This document shows, in pieces, positions 28,301-40,865 of a stretch of DNA of 64,000 nucleotides (position 1 is its first letter; each line of letters starts with the position of its first letter). The stretch comes from Eledone cirrhosa. Its lineage: Eukaryota. Where the stretch lies: the NCBI GenBank assembly GCA_964016885.1, contig OZ024758.1:28706001-28770000 (forward strand), read 5' to 3'. The notes under the pieces were generated by a model that saw only the letters and a list, made by a program, of their open reading frames with translations, did no database searches and was not told where the DNA came from. A program made the position numbers and the translations under genes.

Positions 28301-31300
28301 GTCACAGCTAATAATGGCTGTCACTGAAATATATATAGCAGAGAATTAGAATAAACGAAACCTACTTTAACATGTTTGACTTACACATATTTTATTTATA
28401 TATATATATATAGAATATTTACAAGAATCATTGAAATTAACTTAACATTCTCAAGCTAATGTCTAGCCCACTCAATAAATCTGCTAGATTGTAGTAATGC
28501 AACTGGAACCAGCAGTTCAGAGTGCACACATTATAGTTAATAGCAAGCATGGTGGCTGTGTTTTGGTAGAGATATGGAATATATATATATATGGGTGAAT
28601 ACAGGAAAACAAACAAAACTCAGACAGCCCCATCTCATCAGTCAATCACTAGAGATGTGCTATATATTTTGTTACTAAACTAAGGTTTTAGAATTTTGTT
28701 TCCCTTCTTGTTCCCATCACATTGACTGATCCAATCTAATCTAATAAACTGATCCAATCCAATCTAATAAACCAAGAAACAGAATAGTATAAAATGTTTT
28801 TCAAGAATGTTTATCCTTCATGCAGTAAATATTATATGAAGCATAAGTTTCCTCATCATAAGGTGCCATGTCTGTTCTAATATTGTGCATTCATAAGGTT
28901 TTGGTATACGAACAGTTGGACTGCTCAATTCTTTCTATATTTGGTTATATTTTTCTGATTAATTAATAAAGAATCTGAATAAGTATGAAATGAATATATA
29001 TATATAATCTAGTAAAATGTAAAATATTTCCCTCTAATTCTTAAATATTACATTTCAGTTTTATTTTAGGTGTTTTTGGTACTTTACAGCAATTTATTTC
29101 GCAATTAACATGTTTGTGTGTTTTCTAACTTAGAATACTTGCTAATATTATATTATATATTTTCTACTTAACCCTTTTGATATGAACCTGCCCGAGTCTA
29201 CTCCCAGTTCTGATACAATATTATCCCTTTTAAAGTGTTCATATTTAAATTAAAACTTTTCATTATTTACATTTCAGTAGAAATAGGTCATGAAAAGGTT
29301 AAGTAGAAGCAAATATGATTGCATATTTGTTGCTATCCTGTTTCACTAAAATTTCATTAACTCCAAGACCCTCAGGCATCTCTTCTCTGAAAGTTTCTAT
29401 ATACACCAACACAAACATATTAAAACCTCATCTTGATCAAAATCAATAATTACCTTTTCTTTTTTTAATATCTCATTTTACAAATAATTTGGTCCACTAG
29501 AGAGAGCAAGTTTGTGTCTTTTCATTTAAATTTACCACATGGATATAATTGCTAAATTTTGTCTTACTAGTTTGATTTAACTTTCAGTGTCTTCAACAGT
29601 TTATACTTTTCTGCTGTTGTATCTTTATTCAGTTCAAAATCTTGTAATTCAAACACCCTTTTAGGATTTTTATTTTTATTCCCCATTAACCCTTTAGCAT
29701 TTAAATCGGCCGAATTCTCTCACTTCTTTCTGTTCAAATCAGTTGTAACCAGATGCTCATACCGACATTAAGGTATTGTTCTCAAAATAAATACCAAAAT
29801 CTCATAGATTCAATATTATATGAGATAAAGCCTTTTCTGTGAAAATACAATAGTAAACATGTGAATGCTTAAAGGGTTAAACTCTTCATTCTCAACTAAT
29901 TCATCAGGGTCTTTATGCTTTAAATCCTCAATTACATTCACCAAAGGATTAAAACATCCTGATATGTGTTGTCTTGCTCAAGGAAACAACACATCTCAGA
30001 CTGAGTGATGTGTTGTTTCCTTGAGCTTATTTATTTCACATTGCTCCAGTTTACTCAGCTGTAGAAATGAGATGATTGGACTGGGGTCCCTATCATTCCA
30101 CTGCAAAGTGGTCGTGGAGGTGCCACAGCAAAAAAGCACCCAGCACTCACTGTAAATGAGGTTGGTGTTAGGAAGGGTATCCAGCTGTAGAAATCAAGCC
30201 AGAATCAGTTCCCGTCCCACCCTTGCAAGCAGGGAAAAGCTGACGTAAAATGATATGATGATCTGATCTGATCTTTACCAGATATTTCATAAACATTGTA
30301 TCCATTAACTAGTCTTTAATTATATTTTTGGTGGGGATAAACATGTGTTGTTTAAATCTATATTTTTGCCAATAATTTGGATAGTAAACCTTTTGAAGTT
30401 GATTTAACAAGGTGTGTTTATGTGAAACATGGCATGAACTGAAACAGAACATTTCAGCTTATGCTACTACTGCTAAGGACTGTATAATTTAGCAAACTCT
30501 AAACGTTTTATTTTTTTTTGTTTTTAAATTTTTCTTAACCCATTTACTCTGTAGACAGGAAACTAGATCTCATCAGAGGAGTATAGTGTAACAAGTTTGT
30601 CAATGTTAACTGAATGTGTTATAGCCCAATATACAAACCAGGGCTCTGAGTAAAATAATTATGAAAGTAAAAATGGGTCTCTCCCTCCCCCTCTATTTTT
30701 CTCTACAATGTAGTTACTCTTCCTAGTTAATGATAACAGGCTACTGCCAAGTAGAGGAAATAAGTAGCAGCTATGCAAAAATAAAATGAGGAAGTCAATA
30801 TAATGTTCAGAATTTGTCAAGGACTTTTAATTCACCACAAGTACATGTAATAATTGTAATTTATATAGTATTTGTTCAAGCAAGTTCATATAAATTTTTA
30901 TATAACTATAACACACTCTTGTAAAAACCATACATACTTCATTCATATATATCAAGCCCTACCTTACGAAAATGTGGTTTTATTCAAAACTAAAATGAAA
31001 GAAGTTTTCACACTAGAACAACCTCTAACTTTTACAAAGAAAATAACCCCTAATCTGAAAAACTGCTTTTGTGTGTGGAAGAGTATGCACTTAATCACAC
31101 ATTTTAAACTGCAGCCAAGAAAAGCTATTTGAACAATAGAAATCCTAACATAATATCCAGTGGTTCTACCATCTCCTTCTACTACAACAATCTTGCTCTT
31201 TAGAACATACCAACATTATACTATTGCACCCCAAACCTATTTCGTACATCGGCCCTTCTTATCCTCTCTATTGTACTGACCTCAGTTCTAATAATCACCC

Positions 31301-34295
31301 AATCCAAATAAATGATGAAGAAGCATGTCTAGTTGTAGAATAACCATATTATAACATAAAATAACCAACAAAAACAAAACTTCCTAATTGAAAAATCATT
31401 TTCTATGAGAAAATTTGGTAATCATTTGAATATTATAGAATATTATATGGAATTGATCTTAATGAAACAAATATAATAGAGATGGCTAAAACTATTGTGG
31501 TGGTATTAGGGGCAGACAGTGTATGACTGTAAACTAGTATCTGTGAATCTTAGTTACTCACACTCATAGCTATGTATTTGTTGCAGAAGTAACATCTTAG
31601 TTAAGTAAACAAAGTACTTTATTGTGGACTGCACTTTGGGTTTACTGAGTGTTAGTAACTGATTGTAACTGGTAGATTTCTGAACCAATGAGGAAACTCA
31701 GCCTTTGTGTGTGAGTGCTTCTTTTTTTATGGTTTTTATAGATGAGCACTCCTTGTGAAATATCTTCAAGAATTTGACACCTATCATTTGTTGTGAATTG
31801 GTAGTGAGGGGTTAGGAGTATGACATGTAATATTGCAAAACCTTTGCTTTGATATGCATGGTGACTATTTTTGGTATTGTTGATGGAGACGAATTGTCAT
31901 GTTCCCATTGAAGAGTTTTTATGAATTCTCTGTTCATTGAAGCAGTGCAAGTCTGGTGTGAGGGTGGTATGTAGAAGGATGAAAGTGTGTTCATAGAATT
32001 AGAAATTAATTGCACAAGAGTTAATGTTCAAAAAGAATGTAAGCCAGGCATAACCAGATAGACTTACCAGGATTGATAAGTTCAAGTCAGAAAGTGACTT
32101 GCCAATTCATGCTGCTATGGAGCAGTCTACTAGGAAACTTTCAATCCAAAAGGTAAGTTGAATAGACTCCATAAGCAGATAACTTAGGTATGAGGTTCTT
32201 GTGTCAGTCAAAGGCAAGAGACAATTTATATATGGCTTTACCAAAACTATACTGGTGATTTCAGAGAAGGATAAGAGATTAAAAGTGATAAAGGAGTTTA
32301 ATTTTTGACAGTTTCCATTTTATTTGTGTTGGAAGTGGATGGATCACGAGTTTGTAGAGTCAAATAGTACAATAATGCACACATTTTTACAAATTGTGCT
32401 ACTCCTAATAGGAGTACACAGAAACATCCTGGTTGAGGACTTGTCGGTAGGGAAATCTTATAAAAGCAGAAATCCTCTTGGCAAGGAGTCAAGGCTGGTT
32501 GTAATTTTAGTATACAAGATGTTTGTAAGCTATGCATAATGGTATCCTTTGCTTTGTAGATATATCAGCTTACAGGTATTGCAAATGATAAGTGACTTCC
32601 TCCAAGTGTGGAGGCAATATTCTTAGCAACTGTGTGGAGTTTTTCTTGTATGGGTTTGAGGTGAAGTACTTAAGATGGCACAAATTATTAGATGACATCT
32701 GTTGTGTGGTGGGTTTCTTTGATTAGGATTCATAAGGCTATGGTCCAGTTGAGACTGGAGTGAAGTGTATCTGAAGAGTTAGTCACATTTTATAAATCTA
32801 GAACTAGTATTTCCTAAACTTACAGAAATTTAATATGATTTTTCAAAACTCATAAAACCAAAAACTATATTTTACTGACAATCCCCACAATTCTAATTTT
32901 CATATCAACCCACCTAAAACTACCTCTAGTTCTATGAAACAAAACCATCCATTTTAAAAGGTTCTTAAATTAAAATCGTAGTAATGAAATGAAATAATTA
33001 ATGATTTTAGTAAATCTCTTAAAATTCTTCATTAGTTAATTAAAATAGTGTTTCGAAATCTAGATTGTTTTAGAGAGAGATTTTATTCATATATTTAAAA
33101 AACACCGAATCAAATGTTATTAACATATACTTTCTCTCACAGAACTCTTTTTAGGAAGCACTGATTTAGAATAATTTATGGTTAAGTCAATTCCTGCATG
33201 GTTTGGATTCTGTACTAAATATTGCACATTTTAATTCCCACCAAGTTTCTACCAAGTCAAAAATAATAATTAAATTAATAATATTGATTTGTAACATAGG
33301 CAGATACAAGGTCAGAAATGTTGAGTTTTTAACTGGTACTTATATTGAAACCGAAGGGATGAAAAGCAAAGTTGATTTCGGTTGGATGTAACGAAATACT
33401 TCTAGGTATTTGGGTTTAATAAAATGTCTTATTAATACAAACAGTATATGTAGAGCGTCCTACACTAAGCTTTGCGACATAGAGTTATTATTCTTTATGT
33501 TCTGAGTTCAAATCCCACCGGGGTCGATTTAGTCAACTTTCCTCTCCCCCAAATTCGCTAGCCTTGTGTCTATTATTAATACAACCATTATTAATACCTC
33601 TACCTACCTAAACTAATGTAATATCTAACTTCTTTTTGTAGAACAATATTAATAGAAACTATATTATTTTTTTAAATGTAAACAGTTTATATATGCAGTT
33701 CTTTTCACAAATTGCTGTCAAGATATCAGAATTGTTATCTATTGGGTTCATTGTTTTATAAATCGATATATTAACATTGAGAGTACTTATTTCTGGATTA
33801 CTACGATTAAATCCAACACAGGTGTATGCATTACTCATTTTTTCTCGCTTTACTAATTATCATTCATACTCACACTTCCTAGCATTATTGTTGCTTTCAT
33901 CATATTTCTGCTTTTTATTTATATTTAGTATGGTTTAGTATTTTCTATGTAATTATGAAAATTGCCAAAATGTTTTGTTTTGTTTTTTTCTTTCATGCGA
34001 AATGACATTATTAGGGCATAAGTTCTGTTAGGTATCTCGACCCTTCAACTTTATTAATATATATTAATTTAATGAAATCACTGCAGAGGTCATAGGCGTA
34101 AGATTTCCTATTTTTGAATACATTTAGTGTGAAGGCAAATGATATATCTGACACAATGGGGTTTATATAACTAGTGTCCAATAAGAAATGGCTTTGTTGG
34201 AAAATCGATATCATATCACTGACGAAAATTTTATATCTCAAACGATATTTATGAAAGATATTTAGTCATAGGAGAATTAATTGTGTTTGCATACA

Positions 34296-34337
<42 letters not shown>

Positions 34338-37300
34338 TGTTTCTTCGTTTGGGACAATGCCAGCAAAATATTGGCACTTTATTTTATCGACCCCATAAGG
34401 ATGAAAGGCAAAGTTAGTTGGATTTTCACCCCGAAACTGGATACTAACCCAGAGTACGCCTGAACTTCCACCAGGAAATCTTTAGTATCATTGAAATTTT
34501 CTTTGCTTCTTGCATTTAATATATATAAATATCGATAATAAAGTAGATCTAGTATTTTATAACAGTTGACATGCTATAGAATATATGGTGGGTAAGCTCG
34601 CTTGACCTTTTACATGTAAACAAATGCACGTGGCTACTGTCGTATGCTATGTAAATTGTTCTGTTATATAACGGTCAGAATTATTGTATTGTCAGGCAGC
34701 TATTACTATATACTTCTTCCTAATTTTGACGTGTTTATATTGCTTGTCTATAATTTTGTATATAAACAGATTTGTTGAATTTTTAAAATCACTTGTCAGA
34801 CTAAACCAGTTACCTCCCCTTTCCCTTTAATATTCAGTTAACCAATGGCGATCATGGCTGTTATATTAATTATATTTACACTAACAATTAATATTTTTCT
34901 ATATATTTTCTTCTGTTCGTGTTTAATAACATAGCAGAACATGATCTAATGTATTTTTACAGCCATAAGTTAGTCATCAAAAACAAATCTATTAATAAAA
35001 GTTTGTTTGTTTTGTTTTGTTTTTCGGAAAGTGAGAATATACGATTTGGCAGAAACTCGAGTTGGTATTTTGTTTTTATGAAGTTGGGAGAATTATTGTG
35101 ACATGTCGTTTCCAATGGTTCACGAAAAATAATGATTTCTGAAAAGGTTAACTCGAAATAAATTTACTCTACATTACCTTTTGTGGGGTGATTCTTGTAG
35201 CAATCAACTTGTTTTTTTAGTTGTGTGTAAATTGAGTATGTCTCCTTTTTCTTTTTCCTATGTGTATGTCTCTCGGCTCTCTTTTCTTAGTCTTTTTATG
35301 AATTTGTTCCTTTTTATAAATCATAAACATTATATAAATATTTAGTCAGGTCTTTTGATATATTGGTATGACATTACATTAGTGACGTTATTACAAGAGC
35401 CACGGCGTCTTACATCAAAATATGAAGTGTCCATTTGTATATTATTTCGATTGCGTTATTATTTAGTCCCAGGTCAATCGTGATAGAACAGGTTGACCTA
35501 AAATCAAAAGCGTTCCAACAATGATTATCTCGTTGGGGGGGGGGGGACTTTTTACTCAGATATTGTATTTAGATCAATGTAATCCAATAAGCCTTTGTTT
35601 TTTGTTGGAGTTCTTAAGATGTTAGGGTATGATTTGAAGATTTTCAGCCAGCAGATCGAGCGACCACATAGAGAAAGCCGCTAGTTCGTTATCTATTGCC
35701 TTATGGTAGATTGTTCAACCACGTGTTGTTTTGTCTATCTCTCTACGTGTTTTTCTTTTCTTTTTCTTTTCTTTTTCTTTTCTTTTCTTTTCTTTGTTAT
35801 AGCAGTAATATCAGAATCCAAAGAGTTTTGTGGCGATCAGTGTCGGCAAACATTGTATTTACTGCTACAAAAATAAAATTACTTAAGTTGATATACCGTT
35901 GTGTAAGGACTTCTCTCTCTCTCTCCAAAGTAATCCCTTTTCCGAAACGTCATAAATTCTCCTCATGCAACTTATATAATACGTTTTAGATCTTCGAATT
36001 TTTTGTAGGGGATATTCTCGGGGAACCGGCATTTTGGATAAAATTGTCTCAAATTCCTTATTTCTTTTTCCTCCTACGGTTGATTATACGTGTAACTAAC
36101 CGGATGTTAACTGCTTCAGTGCACATGGAATGTGTTTACGTTTGAAATTTTCCCCCTCTCTCCCTCCTTCACTCTCTTTCCCTCTCTCCCTCTCATACAC
36201 CATCCTTCTCCCTATTTATAAAAAATTTCACTGCAATTAAATTATTTATTTTGTTGTCAATTTTAAGTTAATTTCAACTGAGAAGTTATTTAATTCGATG
36301 TTAGTTTTATTTTTTGTTGTTTTTTGTTTATTAATTTTCCGTCCTTTAATTAGGATTGTTTACATTCTATAAATACCTCAAATTCTACGATATACTACTT
36401 CTCTTTCTTGTGTTAGAAAAATAAATAATTTTCGATACGATATTCAAATATTTTTCCAGCCCCTTCAATATTTTTAACATTAAGAGAAAATTATTATTTC
36501 TCTTTAGTATTTTTTAAATGAGTTAGCTAAGATTCCTAATTTGGGGTAAATTTAACTGCAGGGATAAATTTACTGATTTTGGATCAGTACTCATTTTTTC
36601 AATTATAATTAAAAATAATTTGAAGTTGACCTATTTTGTTTATTAAATGCTTATTTTATTGGCACTATCAATGGGATTTGAACTCAAGATTTTATGGAAC
36701 ACAACTAAATACCACATACCATTTTGACCATCAAGCACCCAACACTCTTGCCACTCCCCATCTTAACATCAGTATGCCTTGCAGCATAGAATTATGGCCC
36801 TTTACGTTAACCTGCCGAGGTTAACTTTGCCTTTCATCCTTACGGAGTCGATAAAATAAAGTACCAGTAATGTATTGAGATAATTGCTGTCCTTGTGCCA
36901 AAAGTAGAAACAATTATTACTGGTTATTGTTATCTGCAGAACGTTTCATTTGAATAAATTTCAATTTTTTAACATCTATCATTTCCCCTCACCAATTGTT
37001 GTTTAAAATTAATACTTTTCTATATAATCTTCATTTTACATTTGCTTTCCATACTAGCATGAGTTGACTAGATCACTGCAGGCCAAGTCAGTTTTTATTC
37101 AGAGTTTCTGCCCTCCTAAACAGGTTGAGGGCCTACGCCCTCAACTGTATGAACCAATGTTTGGCATGGTTTCTACCATGTCTTTCGGTACTAAGTGTGT
37201 TTTATCGTGGCACCGGCACCAAAGTGGTTGTCAAGTCCATTATGAGAGTCTTCTCTATCCTTTGTTGCCCATTATTTTATTATGGCACTAGCATTATTTG

Positions 37301-40300
37301 TATAAATTTGTTGATGAAAATCTTTCTTTAACCCTTTACCATTTACATTACTCTATATTTACTATTGTATTTTCACTGTAAACACTTTATCTCACATAAT
37401 ATTGAATCTACGAAATTTTGATGTTATTTATTTTGAAAACAATACCTTAACATAAGTATGAGCGGCTGGTTTGAACAGAAAGCTGTTTAAATGCTAAAGT
37501 GTTAATGACAAGTTGCTGTTTTGTTTTGTTTTTTTTATTTTATTTTTTGTTATTGTCATTTTTCTTCAGGTCAGCTTGCTAGAATATCGAAAAAGGTTAA
37601 AGGAAAAGAAGGATCCAAATGCTGCTTCTGCATACTCACAAGGCAAGATGTCAACAAAGTCAGCCCCAGTTCCAGCTGATAAAGCGCCAACATTAGCTGT
37701 ACTGCCCTTATTTGTTGAACCTGTTAGTCCTGCAAAAGATAATGAGTCATCAGAAGTAAAAGGTATTTTTTACACATTTGAAATGTTCTGTCATTTATTC
37801 TGTGTTAAACTAATTCTGAAATCAGTGGCAATTTCTCTCTATATGAGAGATACAGGGGGCTTAAGGAGTTCACTTGTCATTAAGTAACCTGAAATACTGA
37901 CTAAATTTCAATGTTTTTTCACATGTCATTCCACAAAGCAACTTTTAAGATATAAAATGTTCAGAATTTGATACTTTATAATTTTAAAAACAAAAAAAAA
38001 TTTATTAATGAAAAAATTTAACATTATGAAAAACAATTTTTTAAATACTATTTGTAGAAAATCGATAATTATTTTCTTTGTTTGACAAGGGTTGGAAGTA
38101 TTATTAGTTATCTGAAAGCTCAGTGTTGCTAATGGTATTTTATTTTATCAATCCTAGGAGAATGAACATCACAGTTGATTTCAGCTCTGAAACTCAGGTG
38201 AAGCTCCCAATATAGATATAATTGACTTCTCTAATTTGTGTGACAATTTCATTAATGATTTTCTTGTTTTGGTTCTTCTGTTCAGTTTTTAAACTACAAT
38301 ATTTTTATTTTCAAAGATCACATGGGAAAGAGCAGAATTGAAACAACTGAATGAATTTCTGAAATGGCAAAAATTCATTTAGTCCTGTTCACTTTTCCAT
38401 GAATCTCTTCAGTACTCCAGCTCTAATATAATGGGAGTATTTCTTTCACACAAGAAGTTTGAAAATCATCTACTAATAGAAATAACCAGTACTTGAATTT
38501 TTCATGTATTAATTCATTTATTTTACAGAAATAAAATCATTTATTGCTGGTGGAAAATTATTCTCTTTTACTTGAATTTTATTTCTATTAGAACATCGAG
38601 ACAAAAAGTCTGAGTCACGATGGACAGAGAAACCTATGAGTCTCACAGAAAGGTTACGGCAAGAATTTGGTCTTGAAGAAAGCGATGAAGAGGAAAACAA
38701 AACTGGTATGTATTTTTATTTACAATATTTTGTAGGAATTTATAATTATGTCAGACCTATTGCTTTTGATTGGTCATAACAACCATTAGTTTCTAGATTA
38801 CTTTTGAATTTATTGAATCTCCCTTATATTAAGTATCTTCTTTGCCAACTTATTCCTGAGAGGGACGTGGGGGAGACTCTTCAAACACTCCCTCCAGAGG
38901 GTCCTGTCAGAAGCAACTATCTCCAACTGATCCGGCTGGATCCTCAAGTGTGACCAGCCAAGTTCATGGATGTTATCCAACCATCTTGCTTGGGGTCTAC
39001 CCCCTGGGTCTCCTACCGGTTGATTTTACCCGTAAAATCTGTCCAGAGACATTCTAACCACATGCCCATAGTATCGGAGCTGTGATCTCTCAATTCAGAG
39101 ATGTAGCAACTCTAACTGGAGTGATTCTCTCATCTCCGAGCTATGCACTTTCTCAAGTATCGGTACTCCAAAGACCCTTCAGAGGAATCCCATTTTGGCC
39201 GCTTGTATGTATGATCGTATTCTTTCGGTCATTACCCAAGATTCTTGACCATAAATAACTTTTATAAACATCTGTATTATAAGGAATAGTTATGGTTTGA
39301 GAAATGTTTTTATATTAAATAATATAGTCTAGAATATAGTTGGGAACTCAAAGTTTGAAAATATTTAAAGAAAGTTATGTTACTGCACCTGTTTGGTTTT
39401 TATTTTGTTTAACATGACATCTTAATTTGAGGTGGTTCAGTTTTGAAATTATTCCCTCTGTGTGTTTTTTGAAGTTGAAATTGCCAACTGAGCCCCTGCA
39501 TGTTTGCATTTTTTTAAACTGATATTTTCTATAAAAAATTACTTTGGTGTGTGTGTTCTATTATAAACTGCTAATTTACTGTTACTATGTAGTGAGTTAA
39601 ATGAATAGTTTCATAACTTTGTAATTTCCATTGAAAACCTTTTAAGTATGTTTTTCAAGTAATTGTATATTATTACATAGCTTTCATGTTTTATTTAATG
39701 GTTTAAAAGTGATAGAGAATTATTTATATTGATTTAATTGGTTAAAAAAATATATTGTAATATATTTTGTATGAACATTCAAAACAAGTGTTGACAGTGT
39801 TCCACAAATACCTTTTTAGAATTGAAATGGCATTGTAAAAGGCAGTCTGTACAAACTCCCCCACCCCCTCCACCACCACCTAGCAGTGTGCAACCTCATC
39901 TACATCACCCTGGCAACCCTTCTGGTGAGGGTGAGTTTTTTGTATATTTATGTCTTGTTCTGCTTGTTAACTCTGCCTGCTACCATATAAGTCTTCTGTT
40001 GTTCATCAACTCAATGTCTATACCCACCTGCAACTTACATATTGCTTGATTTAATTGCACAAATATTCTGTCTTCGCAACTGGTCTGTCTGTCTGTCTTA
40101 GAATGCAGCATTTCATGATTTGTTTCTATCATATTTCTTTGACTTGATTACTTTAGTCTTGTTATCTCTCTGAGAAGTATTTTACTTCTCTCTTCTTCAT
40201 CATCGACATCATCAAATTTACGTCCATTTTAACTTACTTGCATGAATAATTGGATGAGACTTCTTAAGACATTTCTTTCAACAACCAGATGGCTTTCCTG

Positions 40301-40831
40301 GTGATAACCCATGCTTTATTTTTAAGTATGATAAATAATCTTGGCATTTAGCAAACTGCTACAATGCAAAACACCTTCTTTGTGAGGGATACAAACGAAC
40401 ATCACCTCTTTTAAAAGGATTTTACACACATACACGCACTCATACACTCATCATCATCATTCCATTTTACGTCCGCTTTTCCCTGCTTGTGGGACGGGAA
40501 CTGATTCTGGCTTGATTTCTACAGCTGGGTGCCCTTCCTAACACCAACCTCATTTACAGTGAGTGATGGGTGCTTTTTTTGCCGTGGCACCTCCACGACC
40601 ACTTTACAGGGAGTGCTGGGTGCTTTTTTGCTGTGGCACTTTCACGACCACTTTGCAGTGGAATGATAGGGACCCCAGACCCTATCATCTCATTTCTACA
40701 GCTGAGTAAACTGGAGCAATGTGAAATAAAGTGTTTTGCTCAAGGAAACAACACATCACCCAGTCTGAGAATTGAACTCACAACCTTTCGATTGCAAGGC
40801 CAATGCTCTAACCACTAAGCTATGTGCCTCC

Positions 40832-40865
<34 letters not shown>

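Larger units (their letters stand above)
28097..28375. mobile_element. Inverted-repeat remnant of a Penelope-like element terminal repeat (arms 28097-28205 / 28267-28375)
   Basis: Two ~109-bp near-identical inverted arms, each with a hammerhead motif followed by AATAAA. Confidence 0.6.
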
